Origin: Paraspadella gotoi
Lineage: Eukaryota; Animalia; Chaetognatha
NCBI GenBank assembly: GCA_051294375.1
Contig: CM119271.1
Coordinates: forward strand, 3,555,488 to 3,619,487
DNA length: 64,000 nucleotides
Direction of reading: 5' to 3'
The notes under the pieces are model-generated. The model was not told where the DNA came from, made no database searches, and saw nothing but the letters and a program-made list of their open reading frames with translations. Positions 37,252-49,133 of the stretch are shown piece by piece. Every line of letters starts with the position of its first letter. The first letter of the stretch is position 1. The position numbers and the translations under genes were made by a program.

Positions 37252-37627
37252 TTGAATCCGCAGCGTCTTCTTCCCCTGTATCAATGACAAGCGGATTCTC
37301 GTGTTCGTCGTCCAATTCATCGTCGGCGCCGCCAACGGCGCTCCTCTTCGGAGGCGGCGTTGTCGGCGCCGATCGGATAGGCGAAACCGGCGCGCTCGTA
37401 GTGAAGGCACTTATGGGCGTCGCCGTCGTCGTCAAAGAACGCGTCGGCGTCAGATGCGGCGTCAAATGCGTCGAGGAGTAGGCGGGATTGTGCACCGGCG
37501 TGGCGCCGCGTGGAGATACGGCGGAGTTAGGTTTGCCGACCCGAAAGTGGCACTCGATGCTGCCGCCCTTGAGGTGCTTGATGTGTTGGGAGCCGCTGGT
37601 GGCAACGCGAGGAGACGGCGTCGTCAT
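37252..37627 (-). CDS. Multi-C2H2 zinc-finger protein, probable first coding exon
   Basis: AAAATG start at 37627; MTTPSPRVATSGSQH...ENPLVIDTGEEDAADS; donor A|GTAATT, phase 1, matching exon 2. Confidence 0.8.
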
Positions 37628-38820
37628 TTTAAAATATTTTTTTTATTTTCAAGGGACGAGAAAGAAACCTTTTCTTTATTGAAGTTCCATTAGGCGATTA
37701 TCTCTCTCTCCCTCCCTCTCTCTCTCTTTTCGCTCAACTCTATCTCTATCCGGTTGACGTCTCGAGTTTCTTTTTTATTTTTCTCCCTCGAATCTGGTTT
37801 TTAAAGTCGAAGTTGGTTTCGAAAGAGAAAGAGCGAGAGAGAGAGAGAGAGCGAGCGGGGATTCCAGTATTTCGGGGCTATAATTCGTCTTTCACGATCC
37901 CCCCTCGAAAAAAAAAAATGCCAGGCTGCGGTGGAAAGAAAGGGGGGCAAAGTCAAACGCCCGCGGCTGAGCGTTGGCTGTTCCTGCTTCTGAAGCGGCA
38001 GCGACGGCGGCGGGAGAGTGAGAGAGGGGGGGATGGCGTCGTCGAAAGAAAAAAGGTTCGGCAACTCTTCCCGCGGCGGCTGAAGGATTCTGAAGGCCCA
38101 CTGCGGCAGCGTTCTCTTTCTTTTCTTTCTTTTTTGGTGGGGGCTTTCTTATCGGAGTGTTCCGCGAGGCGAAGGAAGCTTCGATGGTACGATTGAATGG
38201 TGAAGGGGGGGGGACGTTGCTTCGGTTTATCGAGATGCGATGAGGCAGAACGAAATTTTTTTTTCTCTTTCTTTTTTTTTCTTCTCGTAAACGGGGAGAA
38301 GGGGAAAAACTGGGGCCGTGGTTAAAAATACTTTCTTGGCGCGAATCGGCAAAAATCCTTGGCATGTAATACCTAAAAGAAAACAAAACGGATGTAAAAA
38401 ACAGGGATGAAACATGATCATTGTATTTTTAAAAAAAAAGAAATTCCGGAACTATTCCCAATGGAAACGCGAGCGAAAATAATTTTTCTTCCTTTTATTT
38501 TAAAAAAAAAATAATGGTAAAATAAGTAAAATTAAACAAAAAGCAAATAAAATTCGAATGGAATCGGCGAAAAAAAAAGAAAAGCGAAGTTTATGACGCG
38601 TTCATTTAAAGTCACAACCCGGATGGATCTTTTTTTTCTTTTTTTTTTTGCCCCCAGACTCCAAAGTGGAAGAAGTGACTGGCGGAGGCGGAGGCCACAG
38701 AGGATGGATCGAAAAGTCTAGTGAAGATCGAGAGGAGGAAGAGGAGGAGGAGGAGAAGGAAGAAGAGGAGCAGGAGGAGGAGGAGGAGGATCGGTGGAAC
38801 GGACTGGAATGAAGCCCCTC

Positions 38821-38870
<50 letters not shown>

Positions 38871-41086
38871 TTCGTGGTGGAGGTTGTGAGAGAGGAGGAG
38901 GGGGAAGAAGAGGATGATGGATCGAGATAACATCTTTCTCTATATATCTCTCTCTCTCTCTATCTCGCTCCCCCCTTTCTCGCGGGTTGGGGAGGGAACG
39001 ATTCCGCGTGGTTTTAAAGGAGCCTGGCTCGAGCCCGGGCGAGAGAAAGAGAGAGAGAGAGATTGAGAGAAAGAGAGAAAGGCGAGCGAATGCTTGAGAT
39101 GGAGTCAATGAGAGCCAATGAGCGTGAATGGGATAAGCAGCTCGCCGCCACAGCGAAAAAGATATCGAGAAGAGATAGAGCGAAGAAAGAGAGAACGGAG
39201 CAGATAAAGGAACATACGGTTTTAAACGAAAGAAAAAACCCAAAGTTCCTCGAGGTTTCGTAACGGTTCTAATGGCATCGATTGTAGGAGGGAAGAATTT
39301 CTGGTTAAGAATTCACTTCGTATTTTTTTTTTGTCCTCAGAATAAAAAAATAAAAAAAACCCAGACGAAGGAAATAAAAATAGGATCTGGGTTCTACGTC
39401 GATCGCAGGCGTCGCTATAAACCGAAGTCGAGGGCAAAGACACAAGAAACGACCGACAAAAAAAAAAAAAAAAGAAAAAAAAAAAAGAAATCGGTCCGAC
39501 TCTGTGCTCGGAGTTCGGAATCGTTTTTGTCGCCCTCGTAAAAAAAAAAAAAAAACTTCCCGAGACTAAGGGAAAATTAGCGATGGGCTTAAACGTCGTC
39601 GTCCACTAGAGGGGGGGGGGTAAATGTGACTGTGAGACTGTGAGAGACTGCAAGGCGTCACAAGAGTGTGAAAATTGCTCCTTCCGCGTGAGAAAAAAAA
39701 ATAAAGAAAGTGATTTCTTTGGTTTCTTTGGTTTAACACGCATTTTTTTTCCAGCGGCCCATAAGTTGGGTCTTCTTCTTCCAACCTAACAAGCCAAGAA
39801 TTCTTTATTCCCTTCGGCTTATCAACATCCTAACCATCAACATTCCATCTCTTCAACCATCTGGAGTTCGGATCCATTCCCCTTCGAATCAAACCTTCCC
39901 CCCCCTAAAATAGCTCACAACTTTTCTCTGGGGCCATCTTTCGTTCTCCCCATCCTTCCAAGGCTCGACTGGCTCCCCCCACCCGCTTTCCTATCGTGCC
40001 AATCCACGCCGCTCATTTCTCAGCGCATCTTTTCTTTCTTTTGGATCCGCCAAGGTTTGTGTTTTGGGTTTTCAAAAGCGTTGAAGCATCGCTCTAGCAG
40101 TAGGTCAAATTTTTATATATATATTTTAAATATTTAATATTTTATTTTATCGGTCAACGGCGATTCCCGGCAGACTGGTCGTTTCTCAGTAAAAACATCA
40201 AACCGTGAAACTAACCTTAAACCAAATCTAAATTTAAACCGGGTTGATGAATCGAAACTGTCAGGTTAATTTCGTCCATGAAGTCACAACGATTCGAACT
40301 CGCGGAGAAAACGAATCGCATTTTCGAACGAAATAAAAAAAAAGTTTAAAGTTAAAAAAAAAAAGATTAAATAAAATGAGGATCGACTTTTTTTTTTTAA
40401 ATTTAAAATCGAGGATGGAACATCATCGCTATCGTCGTTATCTTTTTTTCGTTGCTTTCCGATTTCTTTCACTCAAATTTAAAAAAAAATGAGGAAAGAA
40501 ATTGAAACACAATTTTTTTTTGTTGGGAAAAACCTTTTGCGTAGTTTGGAAACAAAACGTTGGATGGACCAGTTTTTTTATGTATCGTCAAATCGCGTTA
40601 TCGTATGATTTTTCAACCCGTTTGTAAATTTTAATTCGGCTGCGTTTAGATTAGTATAAATTTCGTTCGTTTCTGTACGTGATTTGATTTTTTTTCCAAT
40701 TTCCGACAAAATAATATTATGTCGTCATCGGGTTGTCAATGTGACTCAAATCGGCGACCAAATAATAAATTTCGGAAGCGAGAAATGATATTCTAATCGA
40801 AGAAAAAAGGAAGGAAAAAAAAAAAAATCAAGTCGCCGTTTGATTTCCGATCGTAAACGAGACATTTTCTCATTTTCAATAGCAGGTGAATGAAGGAATA
40901 GAAAAACGCCGACAGAGAGAGAGACAANNNNNNNNNNNNNNNNNNNNNNNNNTGAACTGGGGAAGATGAGAGAGAAAGAGAGAAGAAAAAGAGAAGAGAG
41001 AGAGAGGAGAGGAGAGAGAGAGAGGAGAATTTATTACGCGGTCGGTTCGAGCCCCGTCGCGATCACGAATCCACAAACGGTCTTTT

Positions 41087-41179
<93 letters not shown>

Positions 41180-41285
41180 GGCACTCTGGGTATTCTGGGG
41201 CTGAGGACTGGGATCGAGGCCCAATCACCAACGAAGGGCTCGACCGTCGCCGTCGTCGTTCTCTCTCTCTCTCTCTCTCTCATCT

Positions 41286-41316
<31 letters not shown>

Positions 41317-41519
41317 TCTTCTCTCTCTCTCTCTCTCTCTCTCTCCTCCCGGTGGAGGGGGAGAGAGACAGCATCGAGAGATCGGACCAACGCATGACTC
41401 CTCGAAGTGAAACGGAAACGGATTAAAAAACAAAAGACAACAAAGAAGAAAAAGGGACACGGATTTATCATCAACGTGACGCCATTTCCAGTATTAATTA
41501 GAGAGAGAGAGAAAGAGAG

Positions 41520-41589
<70 letters not shown>

Positions 41590-41866
41590 CGAGAACCATC
41601 GAGAACCCCCTTCAAGAGACCCCAGTCCGCACCATTTCCTCGCGCGATGTGGTTGTGATCCGAGAGTCAGAACTGTATCGAACTAAAATACCCCCCTCAG
41701 CCCCCCCCTCTTCCACATCTCATCATCGTGGACCGAACAGATCATCGCCCATGACCGCAGACTCCACACTCGCGCACCTGCCACCACCACCCTCACCCCC
41801 ACCCCCGCGATATCGCGAATCGGTCCGCGTCCAACCGGCGAACAACCCTCCACCCCATAGAGAGAG

Positions 41867-41941
<75 letters not shown>

Positions 41942-42049
41942 AGCGTGCTTCGAAGTCGAAACACAGAAGTCAGGTAAGTAGTATAGGGGGGGGGAAAGTG
42001 CCATTCAGACAATTTGCGATTTTTCGAGGGAAAATCTTAAAATGATTCG

Positions 42050-43830
42050 AGCGGATCAAAATTTTTCGTTTCCCGAGCTGGAGTCCAAAAAAAAACGAAG
42101 AGCTCCGCGCACTAACATTCGAGCTGGCGACTCTGACTCTCTCTCTCTCTCTGTCTCTTTGAGACTCTGTCTCGCCGCTCCAAATTTTTTTTTTTTGCCG
42201 AAGTCAAAAAATAATTGACTCTGACTCTGGTCGACTCTGTCTTTTTTTCTCTCTCTGGCTCGGCGGCTCGGAGAGACCCATTTTAAATGTGCCAATTCAG
42301 ACAACATTCGTTTCCCTTCCTCAGAGAAATTGTCTGATATGGCACGTTTAAAAAAATTCCGTCTCCTCCTCGCGGCCGAGCTCCTCTCTCTCTTGTCTCT
42401 TTGAGACTCTGTCTCGCCGCTCCAAAAATTTTGTTTCCCTAAGTCAAAAATATGAGAGTTCCCGCGACTTCTGTCTCTTTTCTCTCTCTGTTTTTTTTGA
42501 GACTCTGTCTTCTTTGAGATTGAGCGTCCTGTCCTCCTATGTCTCGCGCTCCAAAATTTTTTTTCCCTATCAAAAATATGAAGAGTTAAAAAAAAAAAAC
42601 AGAGAGAGAAAAAGAGACAAGAGTCGCGGAGCTCGTTGTCCCGATTCGGGGCTCTCTCTCTCTGTCTCTTTGAGACTCTGTTCTCGCGCTCCAAAATTTT
42701 TGTTTCCCTAAGTCAAAAATATGAAGAGTTAAAAAAAAAACAGAGAGAGAAAAAAGAGACAGAGTCGCGGCCGAGCTCTCGATCGCGCGCATTCGAGGTT
42801 CACTCTGACTCTCTCTGCTCTCTCTGAAGGAAAAACGAAATTTGTTCTGAATTGGCGCGTTTTAAATAAGGACGCTCGAATCTCAAAAGAGACAGTAGTT
42901 CTCAAAAAAACAGAGAGAGAAAAATAGACAGAGTCGCGGAAGCTCGAATCGGACATTCGAGGTTCGACTCTGACTCTCCTCTCTCTCTCTGAGGGAAAAA
43001 CGACAAAATTTGTCTGAATTGGCCGCGTTTAAATAGATGTCTCCTCCGAGCAGGACGCTTCGAATCTCAAAGAGACAGAGTCCGCAGGGCAACATTGAGG
43101 TTCGACTCTGACTCTCTCTCTCTCCGAGGAAAAACGAAATTTGCAGACAGAGTCCCAAAAAAACAGAGAGAGAAAAAGAGACAGAGTCGCGGAGCTCAAA
43201 TCGGGACAGAGTTCGAAGAGACAGGAGAGAGGAGATTCTTGACTGTCTTTTTTTCTCCTCGGGTTTCTCTGAGGACTCTGGCTCTCAGAGATTCGAGTGT
43301 CTCGACTCGGCGGCTTAGGAGGAGACGAAATTTAACTTGCCATTCAGACAAAGATTTCGTTTGTGGCGTCTCAAGAGAGAGAGAGAGGTTCTTGACCTCT
43401 GTCTTTTTCTCTCTCCGTTTCTTAGACTCCGCCCAGAGCGAAGCCCAGAGGAGACGAAATTTTAAACGCCAATTCAGACCAATTTTCGTTTTTCCTCAGA
43501 GCAAGAGGAAGGAGAGAGAGAGATGAGAGAAGCTTCTAAAGTTTCTCAAGGAGTCAGTGGTTTACCATAGATCCCGTTCCTTTTTTAACAGCAGGAGAGA
43601 GGGTCTTGGACTCTGCTTTTTTCTCTCTCCGTTTCTCTGAGACTCTGTCTCGACTCAGCTGCGTTTCGGAGGGAACCCCATTTTAAACGCGCCAATTCAA
43701 CAATTTTCGTTTTTTCCTCAGAGCGAGAGAGAGAGGGCTTCAAAAGTTTTTCTCATAGGAAAAGGACGAAAATCGTTCTCAATTGGCGACGTTTAAAATC
43801 GGGTCTCCAAGTTTTCGCGACGAAAAGTTT
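42050..43830. repeat. Composite degenerate satellite with units in both orientations
   Basis: Recurring TTTTAAACGCGCCAATTCAGACAATTTTCGTTTTTCCTCAGAG (forward ~42280, 43330, 43460, 43680; reverse ~42830, 42990, 43760) and CGCTCCAAAATTTTTGTTTCCCTAAGTCAAAAATATGAAGAG x4. Confidence 0.8.
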
Positions 43831-44151
43831 CTAAATTCAAAGAAAAAAAATCATGGGAACTGAATCGCTCTGCGCTAAAGTTTTTGTTGAAGTTGATTTT
43901 GTTGCTAGTTACAGAGTCAGCAGTCGAATTACGCATTCAAATTCTAAGTTAGACGGATTTTTGTGAAATAAGTAAGTAAGTAATTCTATTTTTTTTCGGG
44001 ATTTTTATTACAAAGAAAAAGAATTGAAGACATGATTATTTTTGGCTTAAAATCATCTTTCTGCCTTAAAACCAAAGAAAAGTTTATTTTTGTTTTCTTT
44101 CGCTTTTGGAGGCAATGGAAGTGAACGGTCAGAGTTTTTTGTTGAACAGGC

Positions 44152-44455
44152 TAGCAGAAATAAAAATAAGAACAGTTTTTAGTCTTTTTGAGATTTTTAT
44201 AAAAAAAGTTATGAATTATTCATTCACCTGACAGTTTCTAAATAGTTTTCGTCTCCCTGTTCTGACACAGCGGGTTCTTGTGCATTATGACAAACTGTAG
44301 CAGAAATAAAATTAAGAACAGTTTAAGTCTTTTTGAGATGTTTAATAAAAGAAAATATGAATTTATTGTTCACCTGAACAGGTTCTAAAATAGTTTTTCG
44401 TCTCCCTTTTCTGGGGTATTACAGCAGGTCTCTGTGCATTTGACAAAACTGTAAC
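44152..44455. repeat. Two-copy tandem repeat of ~145-150 bp
   Basis: TAGCAGAAATAAAA...TGACAAACTG occurs twice in tandem. Confidence 0.85.
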
Positions 44456-44849
44456 ATATTCAAATATTAATAAAGTAATTTGTTACTATAAAGTTCTATT
44501 TCTCGCCTTATCGATTCGACGAAAAACCCGTCCCACTCCAAATTTGAGATTTCCTCGTAGTTGTTTTCATCTGCTAAGTTCTGGAGAAGAGCGGGAGGAG
44601 TCTGAAAAAAAATGGTGTATAGTAATAACAATAATAACACATTAGTTTCGATTTTGGTTATTTATAAAAGTAAAGAGAGAGAGAGAAGGAGCGGAGAGAG
44701 AGAGGAATGATTGAGCTAGTGATGGAACAGTCGCCGCTACGAGAGTGATCGAGTGCTCGTGAGTGATTTGAGGGAGTGAATTGAGTTGAGAGTGATGAGA
44801 GTGTCGTGAGTGACTTTTGTAACAGTAACTGATGGAGTAAGGGAGCTCT

Positions 44850-45600
44850 GAATGTGAGCGATGCTACAGTAGAGTGACGTGAATACGTCTACCTCGACGT
44901 GAGTACGTTAGCGAGAGCCAATGAAAGCGAACTCGCTCGTGACCTGCTTCGCGTATATTTCCATATCGGCGTCGGATGTTGCGAGATTGAAATCTATCTC
45001 CGCTCTCTCTGGGGCGCGCGAGTAGCGACCGCCCGGAATCGTCTTCGACCTCTCATGTGAGAAGCTCGCAGAAATTGAAGATGCGAGTTGGTGAATTGGT
45101 GGTCCCGACGTCATACAAGCCCCCGACTCCCGTCTCTACATAAGCGGTCGTCATGCCACGTCCAAGTCCAGATTCTCATCGCTTAACGCGTAGAGAGAAG
45201 AAAAACGTAGAAGAGATAATCAAACCCTAGTGATCTGTATGTATATGGGTAGTGATTATCGTGCTCAAAAGCAATGACGATATAACAAGGAAACCCTGCT
45301 TAAGCCGCTCGCCGACACTCGCACGATGGACGCCACACAGAGAAACCGCCGACGCCGCCCAGACAAACGGCCGGGCACGGCGACGGGCAGTTTTGAGTGG
45401 CCGGGCGAGAAATGGCGGGATCCTTGCCCATTGAAGCGATCCATATCGCATGAGCACGTTGGCAAAAAGGCGAGAGCGTAAAAAAGCCAAACGGCCGAGG
45501 AGAAAAATCGATGAGGGAAATCAATGCACGCTCGCAAAAGGCCATCAGGGTCGTGCCAGAAGGCATTGAGAGGCCAAAGCGGGGAGGGGGCGTCAGGAAA
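44850..45600 (-). other. Candidate upstream NALF/Mid1 exons in low-quality sequence
   Basis: GC-rich islands. Peptides LMAFCERALISLI (~45510-45548) and YAKQVTSEFAFIGSR (~44911-44955), followed by a garbled YS-V..C, resemble the segments that precede YKxWLC in Mid1/FAM155 proteins as I recall them. Frames are broken. Confidence 0.4.
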
Positions 45601-45758
45601 CGGCGTCTGCCACCATGCTCAACAGGCGAGGTATGTGGCCATGATATGGGAAGGGAAAGCAGTGACGGATGCTCTTTTTTTGACTTTTTTAAAAACTTTT
45701 TTTTATTTCCTTTTTTCTCCTTCTATTTATTATCTTTTTTTTTATTTTATGATTTTGC

Positions 45759-45971
45759 GATACAACTAATAAAAATTATCCATTCATTTAATGAATAAGC
45801 ATACTTTGGACCCTGACTTATGGAACAGCTTGGTGGGTTAAGGCTATCTCACTCTTACAAGATAATGACATTAGCAGGTCCCTGGCAAAGCTTACAATCA
45901 AGACTCTCCACAGTTCTCGTTATTCACTCCCAGACCAGGAGTTCCTGGCTTCCCTATCAATAAAGTGGTAT
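45759..45971. mobile_element. Copy of the unclassified interspersed repeat (indel-rich)
   Basis: Colinear with 20800-21017. Confidence 0.75.
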
Positions 45972-45999
45972 TAATGTTTCAAGAATGTTTCATATTGTA

Positions 46000-46860
46000 T
46001 GAAAAGACTACTCCCTTAATGTTATCTTTTCCTCCTTTCTATTTTTACTTTCTCCTCCATTTATTTTCTTTCTTTTCTTTATATTTTTTACTCCTTTTCT
46101 TTCTTTCTTCCTGACTTTTTTTCTTTTTTTTCGGTTCTTTACCTGTCTCCATTTCTTTGCTCCATTCTCCTTCCTTGTTCCTTCTCTTACTTTTTTTTTC
46201 TCTTTTCTTTCCTCATTCCTCTTTTCTCCTATTCTCCGTTCTTCCATTCTTCCGTTCTTCCATTCTCCCGTTTCTTTTCTTTATCTTTATTCTTTTTTCG
46301 TAGGAAGAGAGTTTCTTCCGTTCCATCTTCCCGATCATCATGCCCCGTCTCACACTCTCCCTTCCTCCCCTTCCCTCGCCCTACCCTTTCCCTTTCATCT
46401 TCCCCAAATCCTTCCTCCCCTCCCTTCCTTCCTTCCCCTCGCCCTACGACTTCCCCTCATCTCCTCAATCTGCCCTCCTTCACCCTTCCTCCCCTCCCTC
46501 ACCCTTCCCTCATCTCCCAATCCTTCCCTCCCTCACCCTTCCTTTTCCTTCCTTCTCTCCCCACCCTTCCCTCATCTCCCCAATCCTTCCTTCCCTCACC
46601 CTTCCTTCCGTCCCCTTCGCCCTACCCTTCCTCATTCTTCCCAATCCTCCCTCCTCACCCTTCCTTCCCTCCTCTCTCCCCACCTTCCCCTCATTCTCCT
46701 TCCAATCCTGCCCTCCCTCACCTTCCTTCCTCCTCTCTCCACCACCTTCCCTCATCTCCTCAATCCTGCCCTCCCTCACCCTTTCCTCCCCTCCCTCACC
46801 CTTCCCTCATTTCCCAATTCCTGCCCCCCTCTCCCTTCCTTCCCCCCATTTCCCCTCACC
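46000..46860. repeat. Long polypyrimidine tract with degenerate CCCTCATCTCCCAATCCTTCCCTCCCTCACCCTTCC units
   Basis: Direct inspection; ORFs here are low-complexity artefacts. Confidence 0.85.
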
Positions 46861-49093
46861 CTCTCGGGCGGCGACGAGACGCTTCCTCCCCGCCGAGTCG
46901 AAGACGACTTTTCCGGTTGGCGGCGCCGACCGCACGGACAGCCGCACGCAAGAATGGAATCACGATGGCGCCAGGGGACCAAGGCGCGGTCGCCGAACGC
47001 CACTGGGATGGGAGGACGGGGATGGATTGGGGGGAGTACGGTTGATTTGGTTCCAATGATAGGCAGATTGGTCAATCGATTGCTTGGTTTGCTGGGTGGG
47101 TGGGGCCAGGATTGAATGTTCGATTGGAAGTTTCGTTGATTTTTTTTAAAATTTTTTTGGATACTGAATGTGTGAGTTGGTTGGATGGTTTGGTTCTTTT
47201 AGCTGATTAATTGATTGTGGTAATTTGGTTACTTTGTTTAGTTGGTCCCGCTTGGTTAGTTTTGGTGGTTGTTGCGTTGTTTAGTTTGACCGTTCGCTTT
47301 TGGTTGGGTTTATTTGTCCGGTTAATTCGTTAGTTAGATAATTTAGTAGTTTTAGTTGGTTGCGACGAATTTTTTGCAGGATTATTGCAAAAAAAAAATA
47401 AGAAAAATGCACTTGTAAATCCCTTTACGAATTGCTTAGTACTAAACTACTATAATATAATTTTTGTTTCTAAAATTAGCGTAAAAGGAACAAACATTAA
47501 ATAATGGCCCCACAGGGCTCTCCTTCCATTGTGGAAACATTTCGGCAACATTTCGTGTTCCCTTTAATTCTCGCGACATAATTGAATTAATTTCGAGATC
47601 GGAACATTTAAAAGGTTCGAAATCATCATTGCGAAATAAATCGGGCATCGCGGGCAAAAAAAGATCGAAAGAGAGAAAAAGCAAAAGAGAAAGAGAGAGA
47701 AAGAGAGAACCCGAAATTCTGCCTGTGAACTAGAGAGAACGAGAGAGNNNNNNNNNNNNNNNNNNNNNNNNNNNNNNNNNNNNNNNNNNNNNNNNNNNNN
47801 NNNNNNNNNNNNNNNNNNNNNNNNNNNNNNNNNNNNNNNNNNNNNNNNNNNNNNNNNNNNNNNNNNNNNNNNNNNNNNNNNNNNNNNNNNNNNNNNNNNN
47901 NNNNNNNNNNNNNNNNNNNNNNNNNNNNNNNNNNNNNNNNNNNNNNNNNNNNNNNNNNNNNNNNNNNNNNNNNNNNNNNNNNNNNNNNNNNNNNNNNNNN
48001 NNNNNNNNNNNNNNNNNNNNNNNNNNNNNNNNNNNNNNNNNNNNNNNNNNNNNNNNNNNNNNNNNNNNNNNNNNNNNNNNNNNNNNNNNNNNNNNNNNNN
48101 NNNNNNNNNNNNNNNNNNNNNNNNNNNNNNNNNNNNNNNNNNNNNNNNNNNNNNNNNNNNNNNNNNNNNNNNNNNNNNNNNNNNNNNNNNNNNNNNNNNN
48201 NNNNNNNNNNNNNNNNNNNNNNNNNNNNNNNNNNNNNNNNNNNNNNNNNNNNNNNNNNNNNNNNNNNNNNNNNNNNNNNNNNNNNNNNNNNNNNNNNNNN
48301 NNGCTTCTGTCGAGCCACTCGGTATCTGGGCGATATCATAGCTCCGCGCCCAACTCTGCCGACATTTGCCGACATTTGCCGACCTCATCGACTCCTGCGT
48401 CTCTGCCAACTCGGCCGACGAGTTTACCACGGCAGTCGGCGCCGGCTACGGGGCCGGCGCGAGGGAGGCTTGGATTTTTTTGGAGAGGAAGAATCTCATG
48501 AATATCGATACATATTCCTGGATCAGGAAAATAACCAAAATCCATCTCTCCATCTATAGAGATAAAAAAAAAAAAGTTTATATTGAGCGCGATATTTCGG
48601 GAGTCGGAGGCCGAGGAGTCAATGAAGGTTCTTCTTCGCCATGAAAATGATTCTCTGTCAGCGGATAATGATGATGGATGACAATGACGGCCATTTTTTA
48701 GAAAGAGACGACGACGACGACGACGACGATGGGCGAGAGACGGTTACATTCTTTGCAGGACGCCGACCGAAGATTTTCTAATCGAAAAATTACGAACGCA
48801 GTTCTCGGCTGGAAAGTTTATTTTGGGAGTTAGTTTGCAGATATTTTTTTTTTCTTGTTATTATTTTATTGAATAGTCTATTATATTTTGAACATCGGAA
48901 AGCTTGCGTGGGAATACATGACGGATTTTGTATAAATTTTTGTAAAAAAAATTGTAAAAAATTTATAAAAAAAAAAAATACAGAAGCATCTTGCTGTCAC
49001 TTGCTGTTGGAAGGTTTGATCCCGCGAACCGTTAATCATTCACTCGACCGACGCAAAACTTTAAAACTCCTTCGGTGGACGAAAAAAGAAAAA

Positions 49094-49133
<40 letters not shown>

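Noticed and set aside
48303-48470. GC-rich island beside a gap
   Set aside because: No recognisable peptide and it is truncated by Ns.
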